64,000 nucleotides of DNA from Coriobacteriaceae bacterium (GTDB taxonomy: Bacteria > Bacillota > Clostridia > Lachnospirales > Lachnospiraceae): NCBI GenBank assembly GCA_963649395.1, contig CAVJHW010000001.1:241-64240 (forward strand), in the 5' to 3' direction. Of the stretch, positions 10,417 to 20,502 are shown in pieces. The position numbers and the translations under genes were made by a program. Numbering within the stretch: position 1 is the stretch's first letter; each line of letters opens with the position of its first letter. Under the pieces are notes generated by a model. It had not been told where the DNA came from and did no database searches. It saw only the letters and a list, made by a program, of their open reading frames with translations.

Positions 10417-10420
10417 GTGG

Positions 10421-10437
10421 CTTTTGACCCTGTAACC
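10421..10437 (+). repeat. Copy of the dispersed 17-bp motif
   Basis: CTTTTGACCCTGTAACC. Confidence 0.7.
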
Positions 10438-10603
10438 AATTTTACTTTTTTTTAAGGTTTTGTCCTGGCGATTTATGCTATAATACCCCTAACTATCACG
10501 AAAAACACCGGAGAGGGGCTGACAGGTGGGAAGAAGCTGTCGCTGTTGTCTGGGCATGGCTGCGGCAGCCAGTAAAATTATGCGTGCAAAAGGGGGTATT
10601 TTT

Positions 10604-11308
10604 TTGTCTTCCTATGTGGAATTAAGAGAGGTTACCAAGGTTTATAAGATGGGAGAGGTTACGATCAAGGCCTGCGACGGCATTGATTTTGAGATCCAAA
10701 AAGGGGAATTTGCTGTGATCGTGGGACCCTCCGGAGCCGGTAAGACCACGGTGCTTAATATCTTGGGAGGTATGGATACGGCTAGCGGCGGCCTGGTGCG
10801 GGTGGACGGCTACGACGTGTCCGGCCTGAAAGGGCGGCAGCTGATCCAATACCGCCGGGAGGATATCGGCTTCGTCTTCCAGTTTTATAATCTGATGCAG
10901 AATCTGACAGCCCTGGAGAATGTGGAGCTGGCCTTGCAGATTTGCAAGAATCCCCTGGATGCGGATCAGGTCTTGGGGGAGGTAGGACTGGGAGAGCGGA
11001 AGAACAACTTTCCGGCCCAGCTGTCCGGCGGTGAGCAGCAACGGGTAGCCATTGCCCGGGCCTTGGCCAAGAATCCCAAGCTCCTGCTCTGTGATGAGCC
11101 TACGGGTGCTTTGGACTATGTGACGGGCAAGTCCATTTTGAAGCTGCTGCAGGATACCTGTCGGCAGAGGGGTATGACGGTAATTGTCATCACCCATAAT
11201 ACGGCTCTGACTCCCATGGCGGATCGGGTCATTCATATCCGCAGCGGCAGAGTCAGCGGGATGGAGGTTAACTCCCACCCGATTCCGGTAGAAGAGATTG
11301 AATGGTAA
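10604..11308 (+). CDS. ABC transporter ATP-binding protein (LolD/MacB type)
   Basis: [22 protein letters not shown] and [11 protein letters not shown] motifs. TTG start at 10604 after AAGGGGG. Confidence 0.9.
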   Translation: MSSYVELREVTKVYKMGEVTIKACDGIDFEIQKGEFAVIVGPSGAGKTTVLNILGGMDTASGGLVRVDGYDVSGLKGRQLIQYRREDIGFVFQFYNLMQNLTALENVELALQICKNPLDADQVLGEVGLGERKNNFPAQLSGGEQQRVAIARALAKNPKLLLCDEPTGALDYVTGKSILKLLQDTCRQRGMTVIVITHNTALTPMADRVIHIRSGRVSGMEVNSHPIPVEEIEW

Positions 11309-11314
11309 GAGCCC

Positions 11315-14300
11315 ATGAAAAATATGCTTAGAAAAGATTTTTTCCGAGAGATAGGCAGGAATGCGGGACGCTTTATCTCTATCTTCTTCATCGTTTTGCT
11401 GGGAACAGCCTTTTACGCGGGCATCCGTTCCTCCAGCTACGATATGAAGTACTCGGCAGACTGCTACTATGACGAGGCCAGGCTGATGGATATCCGGGTG
11501 CTGGGCAGTTTGGGACTGACCGACCAGGATCTGGAGGATATGAGGGCAGTTTCGGGGGTGAAGTCTGTAACAGGCGGTCATACCCAGGAGGTCCTCTGTG
11601 ATACCCAGGACCAGGAACTGGTATTGAAAATGATTGCCCTTACGGAGGATGTGAATTGTCTGACCCTGCAGCAGGGGCGGCTGCCGGAAAAGGAAGATGA
11701 GTGCGTAGCGGATGTGGTTCTGCTGGAGCAGAAGGGATATCAGATCGGTGATACCATCACGGTGGAATCCGGCACGGAAGATTCTCTGGAGGATTCCCTG
11801 ACCCAATTGACTTATACCATTGTAGGTGCAGGCAATCTCCCTTATTATGTGGATTTGACCCGAGGCGTGGGTTCCATCGGAGACGGCTCGATAGACGCCT
11901 TTTTGGTGGTTCAGCCCCAGGTATTCAAGCAAGAGGTTTATACAGAGGCTTATGTGCTGGTTCAGGGAGCCGAGGAGCTCTTAAGCTATAGCGATTCCTA
12001 TGAGGACCTGGTGGAGGAGGCTGTGGACAGGCTGGAGGCCATCAGCGACAAGGCAGTAGACCGCCGCTACCAGGAGGTATATGCGGAGGCAGAGGAGGAG
12101 CTGGAGGATGCCCGCAAGAAGGTAGAGGATGGTCAGAAGGAGCTAGACGATGCCAAAGCAGAGCTGGAGGATGGTCAAAGGCAGCTGGCAGAGGCGGAGA
12201 CCACCTTGCAGGACAAGGAGCAGGAACTAAAGGACGGCCAGGCAGAGCTGGCCCAGGGGGAGGAGGAGCTGGCCGACAGCCGTCAGCAGCTGGAGGATGG
12301 CCGCCGCCAGATTCAGGAAGCAGAAGATCAGCTGGCCCAGTCGGAGCAGACCCTGGCCGATGGCTGGGCCCAATATCAAGCCGGGTTGGCTCAATATGAG
12401 GAGAATAAGGCTTCCTTTGATCAGAAAAGGGCAGAATATGACCAGGGGTTGGCAGCTTATACTGCCGGAGAGACCCAATATGAGCAGCAATATCAAGCTT
12501 ATCAGGCAGCGGCAGCCCAATACCAGGCCATGGGGCTGGATCCGGCAAGTGATCCCCAGCTTCAGGAGGCTAAGGCGCAGTTAGATGCTGCCCGGCAGGA
12601 GTTGGATGGGACAAAGAGCCAGCTGGATGCCGCTGCTCTTCCGATAGGAGAGGCAGAAGCTCAGCTGACGGCGGCCAAGGCGACTTTGGATGCTACCGAG
12701 ACTCAATTGGCCCAGGGGCAGGCCGCCCTGGAATCCGGCAGACAGGAGCTGGAGGCTAAGAAGGCAGAGCTGACCTCGGGAGAAGCTCAGATTCAGTCGG
12801 GAGAGGCAGAGCTGGCCCAGGCCAGGGCTCAGCTGGAAGATGGACAAAAGCAGCTGGAGGATGCCCGTCAAGAGTTGGAAGATAAGAAGCAGGAGCTGGC
12901 CCAAGGGCAGGCAGATTACCAGGAGGCCTATGCCGAAGCACAGCCGGAGCTGGAGGATGCCAGACAGCAGATTGCAGACGGTCAGAAGGAGCTGGAGGAG
13001 CTGGAAGCAGGTCAGTGGTATGTGCTGGACCGCAATAAAATTTCCTCCTGTGCCAGCTATGGCCAGGATGCGGAGCGGATGAAGAATCTGGGCCAGGTAT
13101 TTCCCGTTATGTTCTTCCTGGTGGCAGCCTTGGTAAGTCTGACAGCCATGACCCGTATGGTGGAGGAACAGAGACTGCAGATCGGAACCCTAAAGGCTTT
13201 AGGATATAAGAATCGCACCATTGCCATGAAATATTTCAGCTATGCCATGCTGGCCACGGTCAGCGGCAGCATAGTGGGAGTTTTGCTGGGGGAACAGCTC
13301 CTGCCCTATGTGGTGCTGGATTCCTATCAAATGATGTATACCGGTATGCTGGAATGCCGAACCCCCATCAACTGGGATCAGGGAATCATGGCTCTGGCGG
13401 CTGCGGCTGCCAGCACAGGAATCGCCACCCTGGCAGCCTGTCTGAATCAGCTGAGAGCCAAGCCTGCGGAGCTGATGCGGCCGGAGGCTCCCAAAGGGGG
13501 AAAAAGGGTCTTTCTGGAAAGGATCACCTTCTTGTGGAAACGCCTGTCTTTTACCCACAAGTCCACCCTGCGGAACCTGATCCGCTATAAGAAAAGATTC
13601 TTTATGACCATCATCGGCATCGGGGGCTGTATGGCTCTGATGCTGGTGGGCTTTGGCCTGGAGGATTCCATTACGGAGATTGCCAAACGCCAATATGTGG
13701 ATATCTTCACCTACGATGCCTCCGTGACCCTCAACAGCAAGGCCACAGACCAGGATCTGGAGGCCTTTACGGAGGCGGTAGAAGACAAGGAGGAGGTGGC
13801 CGGATGCCTTCCGATCTACCAGACCAGTGTGGATCTGGAGGCCGGGGACAATACCCGAAGCGCCTACCTTTACGTGCCCTCCGATACCCAGAAAATCGCT
13901 GCTTATCTGACCCTCAAGGATCGAAAGACCGGGGAGGGATATGCCTATCCCCAGGAGGGAGTGGCATTGGCGGAGAAGACGGCCAAAATGCTGGAGGTTT
14001 CTGTGGGAGATACCATAGAGATCAAGACCAGCGAGGACAGCAGTCCGGTATCGGTTCAGGTGACAGAGATTGTGGAGAATTACATTCAGCATTATGCCTT
14101 CCTGTCTCCGGCTACCTACGAAGACCTATTTGGCGAGAAGCCGGACTATAATACCATGTATATCAACTACAAGGAGGAGGATAAGGAAGACCAAACGGTG
14201 CAGGAACAGAAGCTGGGCCGGGAGCTCATGGGCTGGAAGGCCTGCTCCGGGGTATCCTTTGTCTCTGAGCTGGAGGGTCAGATCCAGGATATGCTCCAGA

Positions 14301-14704
14301 GCCTCAATATCGTCATTTATGTCCTCATCTGTTCCGCCGGTCTTCTGGCCTTCGTGGTTCTCTACAACCTGAACAGCATCAATATCACCGAGCGCCAGCG
14401 AGAGCTGGCCACCCTCAAGGTATTGGGCTTCTATGACGGGGAGGTAGCCTGGTATGTCTACCGGGAAAATATCCTCCTCACCATCATAGGCATTCTGGTG
14501 GGTGCCGGTATGGGAGCCGCCCTGCATCGGGTCACCATCCTGACTGTAGAGGTGGATCTCATGATGTTCGGCCGCGTGATCAGTTTCCTGAGCTATCTGA
14601 AAAGCGGGATCATCACCCTCTTCTTTTCCGTTCTGGTCAACGGCGTCATGTTCTATCGCCTGCGACGGATTAACATGATAGAATCTCTCAAGAGTGTAGA
14701 ATAG
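11315..14704 (+). CDS. FtsX/MacB-like ABC permease with a long extracellular coiled coil
   Basis: Two FtsX modules (RMVEEQRLQIGTLKALGY; NITERQRELATLKVLGF) and a Q/E/A-rich heptad region. Confidence 0.88.
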   Translation: MKNMLRKDFFREIGRNAGRFISIFFIVLLGTAFYAGIRSSSYDMKYSADCYYDEARLMDIRVLGSLGLTDQDLEDMRAVSGVKSVTGGHTQEVLCDTQDQELVLKMIALTEDVNCLTLQQGRLPEKEDECVADVVLLEQKGYQIGDTITVESGTEDSLEDSLTQLTYTIVGAGNLPYYVDLTRGVGSIGDGSIDAFLVVQPQVFKQEVYTEAYVLVQGAEELLSYSDSYEDLVEEAVDRLEAISDKAVDRRYQEVYAEAEEELEDARKKVEDGQKELDDAKAELEDGQRQLAEAETTLQDKEQELKDGQAELAQGEEELADSRQQLEDGRRQIQEAEDQLAQSEQTLADGWAQYQAGLAQYEENKASFDQKRAEYDQGLAAYTAGETQYEQQYQAYQAAAAQYQAMGLDPASDPQLQEAKAQLDAARQELDGTKSQLDAAALPIGEAEAQLTAAKATLDATETQLAQGQAALESGRQELEAKKAELTSGEAQIQSGEAELAQARAQLEDGQKQLEDARQELEDKKQELAQGQADYQEAYAEAQPELEDARQQIADGQKELEELEAGQWYVLDRNKISSCASYGQDAERMKNLGQVFPVMFFLVAALVSLTAMTRMVEEQRLQIGTLKALGYKNRTIAMKYFSYAMLATVSGSIVGVLLGEQLLPYVVLDSYQMMYTGMLECRTPINWDQGIMALAAAAASTGIATLAACLNQLRAKPAELMRPEAPKGGKRVFLERITFLWKRLSFTHKSTLRNLIRYKKRFFMTIIGIGGCMALMLVGFGLEDSITEIAKRQYVDIFTYDASVTLNSKATDQDLEAFTEAVEDKEEVAGCLPIYQTSVDLEAGDNTRSAYLYVPSDTQKIAAYLTLKDRKTGEGYAYPQEGVALAEKTAKMLEVSVGDTIEIKTSEDSSPVSVQVTEIVENYIQHYAFLSPATYEDLFGEKPDYNTMYINYKEEDKEDQTVQEQKLGRELMGWKACSGVSFVSELEGQIQDMLQSLNIVIYVLICSAGLLAFVVLYNLNSINITERQRELATLKVLGFYDGEVAWYVYRENILLTIIGILVGAGMGAALHRVTILTVEVDLMMFGRVISFLSYLKSGIITLFFSVLVNGVMFYRLRRINMIESLKSVE

Positions 14705-14709
14705 AATCA

Positions 14710-14738
14710 TTGCATTTGGGACCGACAATTGATATAAT
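14710..14738 (+). promoter_or_regulatory. sigma-A promoter for hpf
   Basis: TTGCAT-17-TATAAT with TG extended -10. Confidence 0.65.
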
Positions 14739-14804
14739 GGAACTAAATTACAGAACGGGAGAAGGCAAGCGTCTGTAAAATAATTAAGCAAAGGGGTTGA
14801 TGTT

Positions 14805-15332
14805 ATGAATATCACCATCAGCGGCAAGAATATTGAGATAACACCTGGTTTGAAAAGCGCCGTAACAGAGAAGTTAGGGAAGTTAGAGCGGTACTTTACA
14901 CCGGATACCAAGGTTATCGTTACCCTCAGTGTTGAAAAAGAAAGACAGAAGATAGAAGTTACCATCCCTGTGAAGGGCAATATCATTCGGTCCGAGCAGG
15001 TCAGCAATGATATGTATGTATCCATTGATCTGGTGGAAGAGGTGATTGAGCGGCAGCTTCGCAAGTATAAGAATAAGATTGTAGACAAGAAACAGTCCAA
15101 TGGCAACTTCCAGAAGGCTTATATCGAGAACGATTACCTGGAGAATGAGGAGATTCAGATCCTCCGAACCAAGAAGTTCGACATCAAGCCCATGTATCCG
15201 GAAGATGCCTGCGTACAGATGGAACTGCTGGGACATAACTTCTTTGTATTTTGCAATGCGGAGACAGAGAAGGTCAATGTAGTCTACAAGAGAAAAGGCA
15301 ATACCTACGGTTTGATCGAGCCGGAGGCATAA
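14805..15332 (+). CDS. hpf: Ribosome hibernation promoting factor, long form (RaiA/HPF)
   Basis: MNITISGKNIEIT...DMYVSIDLV...QMELLGHNFFVF...VVYKRKGNTYGLIEP. Confidence 0.95.
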   Translation: MNITISGKNIEITPGLKSAVTEKLGKLERYFTPDTKVIVTLSVEKERQKIEVTIPVKGNIIRSEQVSNDMYVSIDLVEEVIERQLRKYKNKIVDKKQSNGNFQKAYIENDYLENEEIQILRTKKFDIKPMYPEDACVQMELLGHNFFVFCNAETEKVNVVYKRKGNTYGLIEPEA

Positions 15333-15417
15333 AGCAGAGAAAACATAGAAAGCGATGCTGTGGCGGCATGAGCCGCCAGGCTGCTTCCTATTGGCAGGCT
15401 ACCATCTCCATTGACAG

Positions 15418-15448
15418 AGGCGGTTGTCCCAAGGGGACAATCGCCTTT
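15418..15448 (+). terminator. Probable terminator after hpf
   Basis: AGGCGGTTGTCCC-aag-GGGACAATCGCCT-TT. Confidence 0.6.
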
Positions 15449-15553
15449 CGGTTTGCGCGCCATGGCGGAAGGGCGGATTTACATGTGTTGTGAAACGTAA
15501 CGGTGTGCAGCCTGGAGGGTTACTTTCAGAAACAGACAGGGAGAACAGGAAGG

Positions 15554-16096
15554 ATGGATAAGTACAAGGGAAGACCAAAGGATTGCTCCGGAAGAGAGGC
15601 AAGAGAGGTGGCAGTCTATGATCTGCTGGATGATTTGCAGGTGGAATATGAGCGGGTGGATCATGAATCGGTGATGACCATGGAAGGGTGTCAGGCCATT
15701 GACCAGGCTCTGGATGTGGTCATGTGTAAGAACCTCTTCCTTTGCAATCGCCAGAAGACCAACTACTATCTGCTGCTGATGCCGGCAGACAAATCCTTTA
15801 AGACCAAAGAATTTTCAGCAAAAATGGGCTGCGCCCGGGTTTCCTTTGCCCATGAGGAGGCTCTGGAGGCTTATCTTGGCCTTCGCCCCGGGGCAGTTAC
15901 AGTTCTGGGATTGATGAATGACAAGGACAAGCATGTACAGCTGGTGATTGATAAGGATGTTGTAAACAGCCCCTACCTGGGCTGCCATCCCTGCGTCAAC
16001 ACCTCCAGCCTGAAGATTGGGGTGCAAGATCTCCTGGACAAGATCCTACCGGCGGTTGACCATGCATACACCCTCCTGGAGCTTACCGGCCAATGA
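15554..16096 (+). CDS. YbaK/ProX-family aminoacyl-tRNA editing protein
   Basis: CKNLFLCNRQK, PGAVTVLGLMND and GCHPCVNTSS motifs. Confidence 0.88.
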   Translation: MDKYKGRPKDCSGREAREVAVYDLLDDLQVEYERVDHESVMTMEGCQAIDQALDVVMCKNLFLCNRQKTNYYLLLMPADKSFKTKEFSAKMGCARVSFAHEEALEAYLGLRPGAVTVLGLMNDKDKHVQLVIDKDVVNSPYLGCHPCVNTSSLKIGVQDLLDKILPAVDHAYTLLELTGQ

Positions 16097-16109
16097 CTTT
16101 GGGGGACAG

Positions 16110-16126
16110 CTTTTGACACTGTAACT
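16110..16126 (+). repeat. Copy of the dispersed 17-bp motif
   Basis: CTTTTGACACTGTAACT. Confidence 0.7.
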
Positions 16127-16265
16127 ATGGTATGTTCATGAAAAATTTATTGTTTAATGGCGGATAAAGTGCTAGAATAGGGAGAGCGTAACCAGATTCC
16201 TTGGCTGCCGATGATGGCGCAGCCGTGTTTTTTAAGGAGAATCCGTTTCAACAGGAGCAATTAGA

Positions 16266-18839
16266 ATGAAATTATCTGAGAGATTATTTGGCACTCACAG
16301 TGCCCGTGAGTTAAAGAGAATCAAGCCCTTGGTGGACAAGATAGAATCTCTTCGACCGGACATGCAGAAGTTGTCAGATGAGGAGCTGCGGGGCAAGACC
16401 AAAGAGTTCCGGGAGAGGCTGGCTGCCGGGGAGACCTTGGACGACCTGCTGCCGGAGGCTTTTGCGGTGGTGCGGGAGGCGGCTAAGCGTGTCCTGAATA
16501 TGGAGCATTATCGAGTGCAGCTCATCGGAGGCATTATCCTGCATCAGGGCCGTATCGCTGAGATGAAGACCGGAGAAGGTAAGACTTTGGTATCCACTCT
16601 TCCCGCATATCTGAATGCATTGGCCGGTAAAGGCGTGCATATCGTAACCGTCAATGATTATCTGGCCAGCCGTGACGCAGAATGGATGGGCAAGGTACAT
16701 GAATTCTTGGGTCTGACGGTGGGCGTTGTCCTGAATCCCATGAAGAATGACGAGCGTCGGGCAGCCTATGCCTGCGATATCACCTATGTTACCAACAATG
16801 AGCTGGGCTTCGACTATCTGCGGGACAACATGGTCATTTACAAGGAACAGCTGGTACAGAGGGATCTGTCCTATGCCATCATCGATGAGGTGGACTCGGT
16901 CCTGATCGACGAGGCCAGAACTCCCTTGATTATCTCCGGTCAGAGCGGCAAGTCTACCAAGCTCTATGAGACCTGCGATATTCTGGCTCAGCAGCTGCAG
17001 AAGGGCGAGGCCTCCGGGGAAATGACCAAGATGACCGCCATCATGGGCGAGGAGATCGTGGAGACGGGAGATTTCATTGTCAATGAAAAGGACAAGGTGG
17101 TCACCCTGACGGAGGAAGGGGTCAAGAAGGTTGAGAAGTTCTTCCATATAGAGAACCTCTCGGATCCGGAGAATCTGGAGATTCAGCACAATATCATCCT
17201 GGCTTTGCGGGCCCACAATCTTATGTTCCGGGACCAGGATTATGTGGTGAAGGACGATGAGGTTCTCATCGTTGACGAATTTACCGGCCGTATTATGCCG
17301 GGCCGCCGTTATTCCGACGGCCTCCACCAGGCCATCGAGGCCAAGGAGCATGTGAAGGTCAGAAGAGAGAGCAAGACTCTGGCTACCATTACCTTCCAGA
17401 ATTTCTTTAATAAATACGAGAAGACGGCAGGTATGACCGGTACGGCCCTGACGGAGGAGCAGGAATTCCGGGATATCTACGGAATGGATGTCATTGAGAT
17501 TCCCACCAATAAGCCGGTCATCCGTGTGGACTATGAGGATGCGGTCTATATGACCAAGAAGGAGAAGTTCCATGCGGTGGTTCGGGAGATTATTGAGGCT
17601 CATGAGGAGAAGCAGCCGGTGCTGGTGGGTACCATCACCATCGAAACCTCGGAATTGCTGAGCAAGATGCTCAAGAGGGAGGGGATCCCCCACCAGGTAT
17701 TGAATGCCAAGTTCCATGAGCTGGAGGCGGAGATTGTATCCCATGCCGGAGAGGCAGGTACGGTTACCATCGCCACCAATATGGCCGGTCGTGGTACCGA
17801 TATCAAGCTGGATCAGGAGGCCAAGGCCGCAGGCGGTCTGAAGATCATCGGTACAGAGCGCCACGAGTCCCGACGGATCGACAATCAGTTAAGAGGCCGT
17901 TCCGGCCGTCAGGGAGATCCCGGAGAGTCCCGCTTCTATATTTCCCTGGAGGACGATCTTATGCGCCTCTTCGGATCTGAGAAGCTCATGGGTATGTTCC
18001 GAGCTATGGGGGTGGCGGAGGATGAGCAGATCGAGCATAAGATGCTTACCTCAGCCATTGAGAAGGCGCAGAAGAAGATTGAGGGCAATAATTACGGAAT
18101 CCGGAAGAATCTGCTGGATTACGACAGGGTCAACAATGAGCAGCGTGAGATCATCTATAAGGAGAGAAGGCGGGTTCTGGATGGAGAAGACATGCGGGAT
18201 GCCATTTTCAAGATGATCTACGATACAGTGGACGGCACGGTGGATATGTGCATCGGTGAGGATGCGGACAGCGAGGAATGGGATCTGACAGAATTGAACC
18301 GGCTCCTGCTTCCCATTATTCCCCTGAAGCCTTTGACCGGGGAGCAGGTGAAGGGAGTCCGCAAGGACCAGCTGAAGCAGAAGCTGAAGGAAGATGCCAT
18401 CAAGCTTTATGAGGAGAAGGAGGCAGAATTCCCCCAGACAGAGCAGATCCGTGAGCTGGAACGTGTCATTCTCCTTAAGGTCATTGACCAGAAATGGATG
18501 GATCATATCGACGATATGGATCAATTGCGCCAGGGAATCGGCCTGCAGGCCTATGGCCAGAGGGATCCTAAGGTGGAATATAAGATGACTGCCTATGATA
18601 TGTTCAATGAGATGACCAATTCCATCCAGCAGGATACCATCCGTCTCCTCTATCATGTAAGAATTGAGCAGAAGGTGGAGAGGGAGCAGGTAGCCAAGGT
18701 AACCGGCACCAACAAGGACGACAGCGGTCCCAAGAAGCCGGTACAAAGGGAGAATAAGAAGATCTATCCCAATGACCCCTGCCCTTGCGGCAGCGGAAAG
18801 AAATACAAGCAATGCTGTGGGCGTAAGCCTATCAAATAA
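16266..18839 (+). CDS. secA: Preprotein translocase ATPase SecA
   Basis: [36 protein letters not shown] and C-terminal [17 protein letters not shown]. Confidence 0.98.
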   Translation: MKLSERLFGTHSARELKRIKPLVDKIESLRPDMQKLSDEELRGKTKEFRERLAAGETLDDLLPEAFAVVREAAKRVLNMEHYRVQLIGGIILHQGRIAEMKTGEGKTLVSTLPAYLNALAGKGVHIVTVNDYLASRDAEWMGKVHEFLGLTVGVVLNPMKNDERRAAYACDITYVTNNELGFDYLRDNMVIYKEQLVQRDLSYAIIDEVDSVLIDEARTPLIISGQSGKSTKLYETCDILAQQLQKGEASGEMTKMTAIMGEEIVETGDFIVNEKDKVVTLTEEGVKKVEKFFHIENLSDPENLEIQHNIILALRAHNLMFRDQDYVVKDDEVLIVDEFTGRIMPGRRYSDGLHQAIEAKEHVKVRRESKTLATITFQNFFNKYEKTAGMTGTALTEEQEFRDIYGMDVIEIPTNKPVIRVDYEDAVYMTKKEKFHAVVREIIEAHEEKQPVLVGTITIETSELLSKMLKREGIPHQVLNAKFHELEAEIVSHAGEAGTVTIATNMAGRGTDIKLDQEAKAAGGLKIIGTERHESRRIDNQLRGRSGRQGDPGESRFYISLEDDLMRLFGSEKLMGMFRAMGVAEDEQIEHKMLTSAIEKAQKKIEGNNYGIRKNLLDYDRVNNEQREIIYKERRRVLDGEDMRDAIFKMIYDTVDGTVDMCIGEDADSEEWDLTELNRLLLPIIPLKPLTGEQVKGVRKDQLKQKLKEDAIKLYEEKEAEFPQTEQIRELERVILLKVIDQKWMDHIDDMDQLRQGIGLQAYGQRDPKVEYKMTAYDMFNEMTNSIQQDTIRLLYHVRIEQKVEREQVAKVTGTNKDDSGPKKPVQRENKKIYPNDPCPCGSGKKYKQCCGRKPIK

Positions 18840-18876
18840 GTGATCCAAATATAAAAATAAGAAAGTGGGTGAAACT

Positions 18877-19987
18877 GTGGTTGAATTAGATCAGTTCAAA
18901 GCTGAATTGAATTCCTACGAGGGACCATTAGTGGAAGTGAGGGATTCACTTTGACCTCGCGAATAAGGAGCAGAGGATCGAAGAATTAGAGAGGAAGATG
19001 GAAGAGCCCGGATTCTGGGATCAGCCGGAGAAGGCACAGGAACAGATGAAGGAGCTGGGAAGTCTCAAGGAGGATCGGGACACCTATCGTCAGCTTATTT
19101 CAGCCAAGGAGGATATGGAGACCCTAATCGAGATGGGCTACGAGGAGAACGATGCCTCCGTCATTCCGGAGATTCAGGAGATGCTGGATGAATTCAAGGC
19201 CAAGTTTGAAAGCATCCGGATCAAGACTCTTCTGTCCGGGGAATATGACCGCTGCAATGCCATCCTGAAGCTGAATGCAGGAGCCGGTGGGACGGAGGCC
19301 ATGGATTGGTGCGGCATGCTCTACCGGATGTATACCCGTTGGGCAGAGAAGAAGGGATTTTCCGTGGAGGAGCTGGATTTCCTGGAGGGAGATGAGGCCG
19401 GAGTCAAGTCCGTCACCTTCCAGGTGAACGGAGAGAATGCCTATGGCTATCTCAAGTCTGAGAAGGGGGTACACCGCCTGGTTCGGATCTCTCCTTTCAA
19501 TGCCAATGGCAAGCGGCAGACTTCCTTTGTATCCTGCGATGTCATGCCGGATATAGAGGACGATATCGACATTGAGATCAAGGATGAGGACATCCGGATC
19601 GATACCTATCGGTCCAGCGGTGCCGGGGGTCAGCATATCAACAAGACCTCCTCTGCTATTCGAATTACCCATTTCCCCACCGGAATTGTGGTAACCTGCC
19701 AAAATGAGAGATCCCAGCACATGAACAAGGACAAGGCCATGCAGATGCTGAAGGCCAAGCTCTACATGCTGGCCCAGGAAGAACAGGCGGCCAAGCTGTC
19801 GGGCATTCGAGGCGAGGTCACAGATATCGCCTGGGGCAACCAGATCCGGTCCTATGTCATGCAGCCCTATACCATGGTCAAGGATCATCGCACCAACGAG
19901 GAGCGAGGCCAGGTAGACGCGGTTATGGACGGGGACATTGATCCCTTCATCAATGCCTATCTCAAGTGGATTGCCTTGAAGAAATAA
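18877..19987 (+). CDS. prfB: Peptide chain release factor 2, with programmed +1 frameshift
   Basis: GTG at 18877 reads to CTT TGA C (18949-18955). The +1 frame joins ORF 18998..19987, which has SPF and GGQ motifs. Confidence 0.95.
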
Positions 19988-19996
19988 GAAAAAACA

Positions 19997-20026
19997 AGGG
20001 CGGAAGCGAATGCTTCCGCCCTATTT
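19997..20026. terminator. Terminator after secA-prfB
   Basis: AGGGCGGAAGC-gaat-GCTTCCGCCCT-ATTT. Confidence 0.75.
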
Positions 20027-20035
20027 CTGTATGTA

Positions 20036-20290
20036 TTACTCTGCCAGGCTGATGCCAAAGGTCATGGTTCTGGTGTAGCTTACACCCGGCTCAAGGTTCT
20101 GACCCTTTACTCCGATGACGGGCTTCACTATCATCTATGGTGATCAGATATTTAAAATAGCAATCATTGTCCTGGGGATTAGCCAGGGTGATCTTCCAGC
20201 TCGTCTCATTTGCTGCAACCGTCAGTTCGCCGTATCCCGGAATCTTTATCCCTTTGGTTTCCGGGCCGGAGGTATCCATCAGCATCAGGT
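20036..20290 (-). pseudogene. Fused remnants of two probable secreted/surface protein genes
   Basis: One frame gives IKIPGYGELTVAANETSWKITLANPQDNDCYFKYLITIDDSE. A second frame then gives VIGVKGQNLEPGVSYTRTMTFGISLAE*. No credible start or RBS. Confidence 0.5.
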
Positions 20291-20370
20291 AAAATTTTGT
20301 AAAGATTGGGTTAATGATATTTGGCTGCGTCTTTGTAAATATCGTTAGGCTGGGTGTAGAGGAAGAGAAT

Positions 20371-20462
20371 CCGAAAAATTCAAAACAAAAGTCCAGAAAA
20401 AGCTCAAACAAAACACTCGAAAAATTCAAAATAAAAGGGCCGAAAAAACAAAAATAAAATTG
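20371..20462 (+). repeat. Four degenerate 23-bp A-rich direct repeats
   Basis: ccgaaaaattcaaaacaaaagtc / cagaaaaagctcaaacaaaacac / tcgaaaaattcaaaataaaaggg / ccgaaaaaacaaaaataaaattg. Confidence 0.75.
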
Positions 20463-20488
20463 AAGGAGTCCAGATCTTCTGCTATAAT
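20460..20488 (+). promoter_or_regulatory. sigma-A promoter for the AAA_14/DUF4143 gene
   Basis: TTGAAG-17-TATAAT with TG extended -10. Confidence 0.65.
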
Positions 20489-20502
20489 GTCAGGGAAGGA
20501 GT

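Noticed and set aside
3408..10603. Longest-ORF starts for holB (3408), yabB (5502), rsmI (6506), MFS (10375) and the ABC ATPase (10526)
   Set aside because: Downstream starts have better SD sequences and match family N-termini. Some extensions overlap promoters or neighbouring genes.
12060..13020. Repetitive DNA within the FtsX-like permease as a mobile or repeat element
   Set aside because: It simply encodes the coiled-coil heptads typical of this permease family.
20371..20462. 23-bp repeats as a mini CRISPR array
   Set aside because: The units are contiguous, degenerate and have no spacers, and no cas genes are present.
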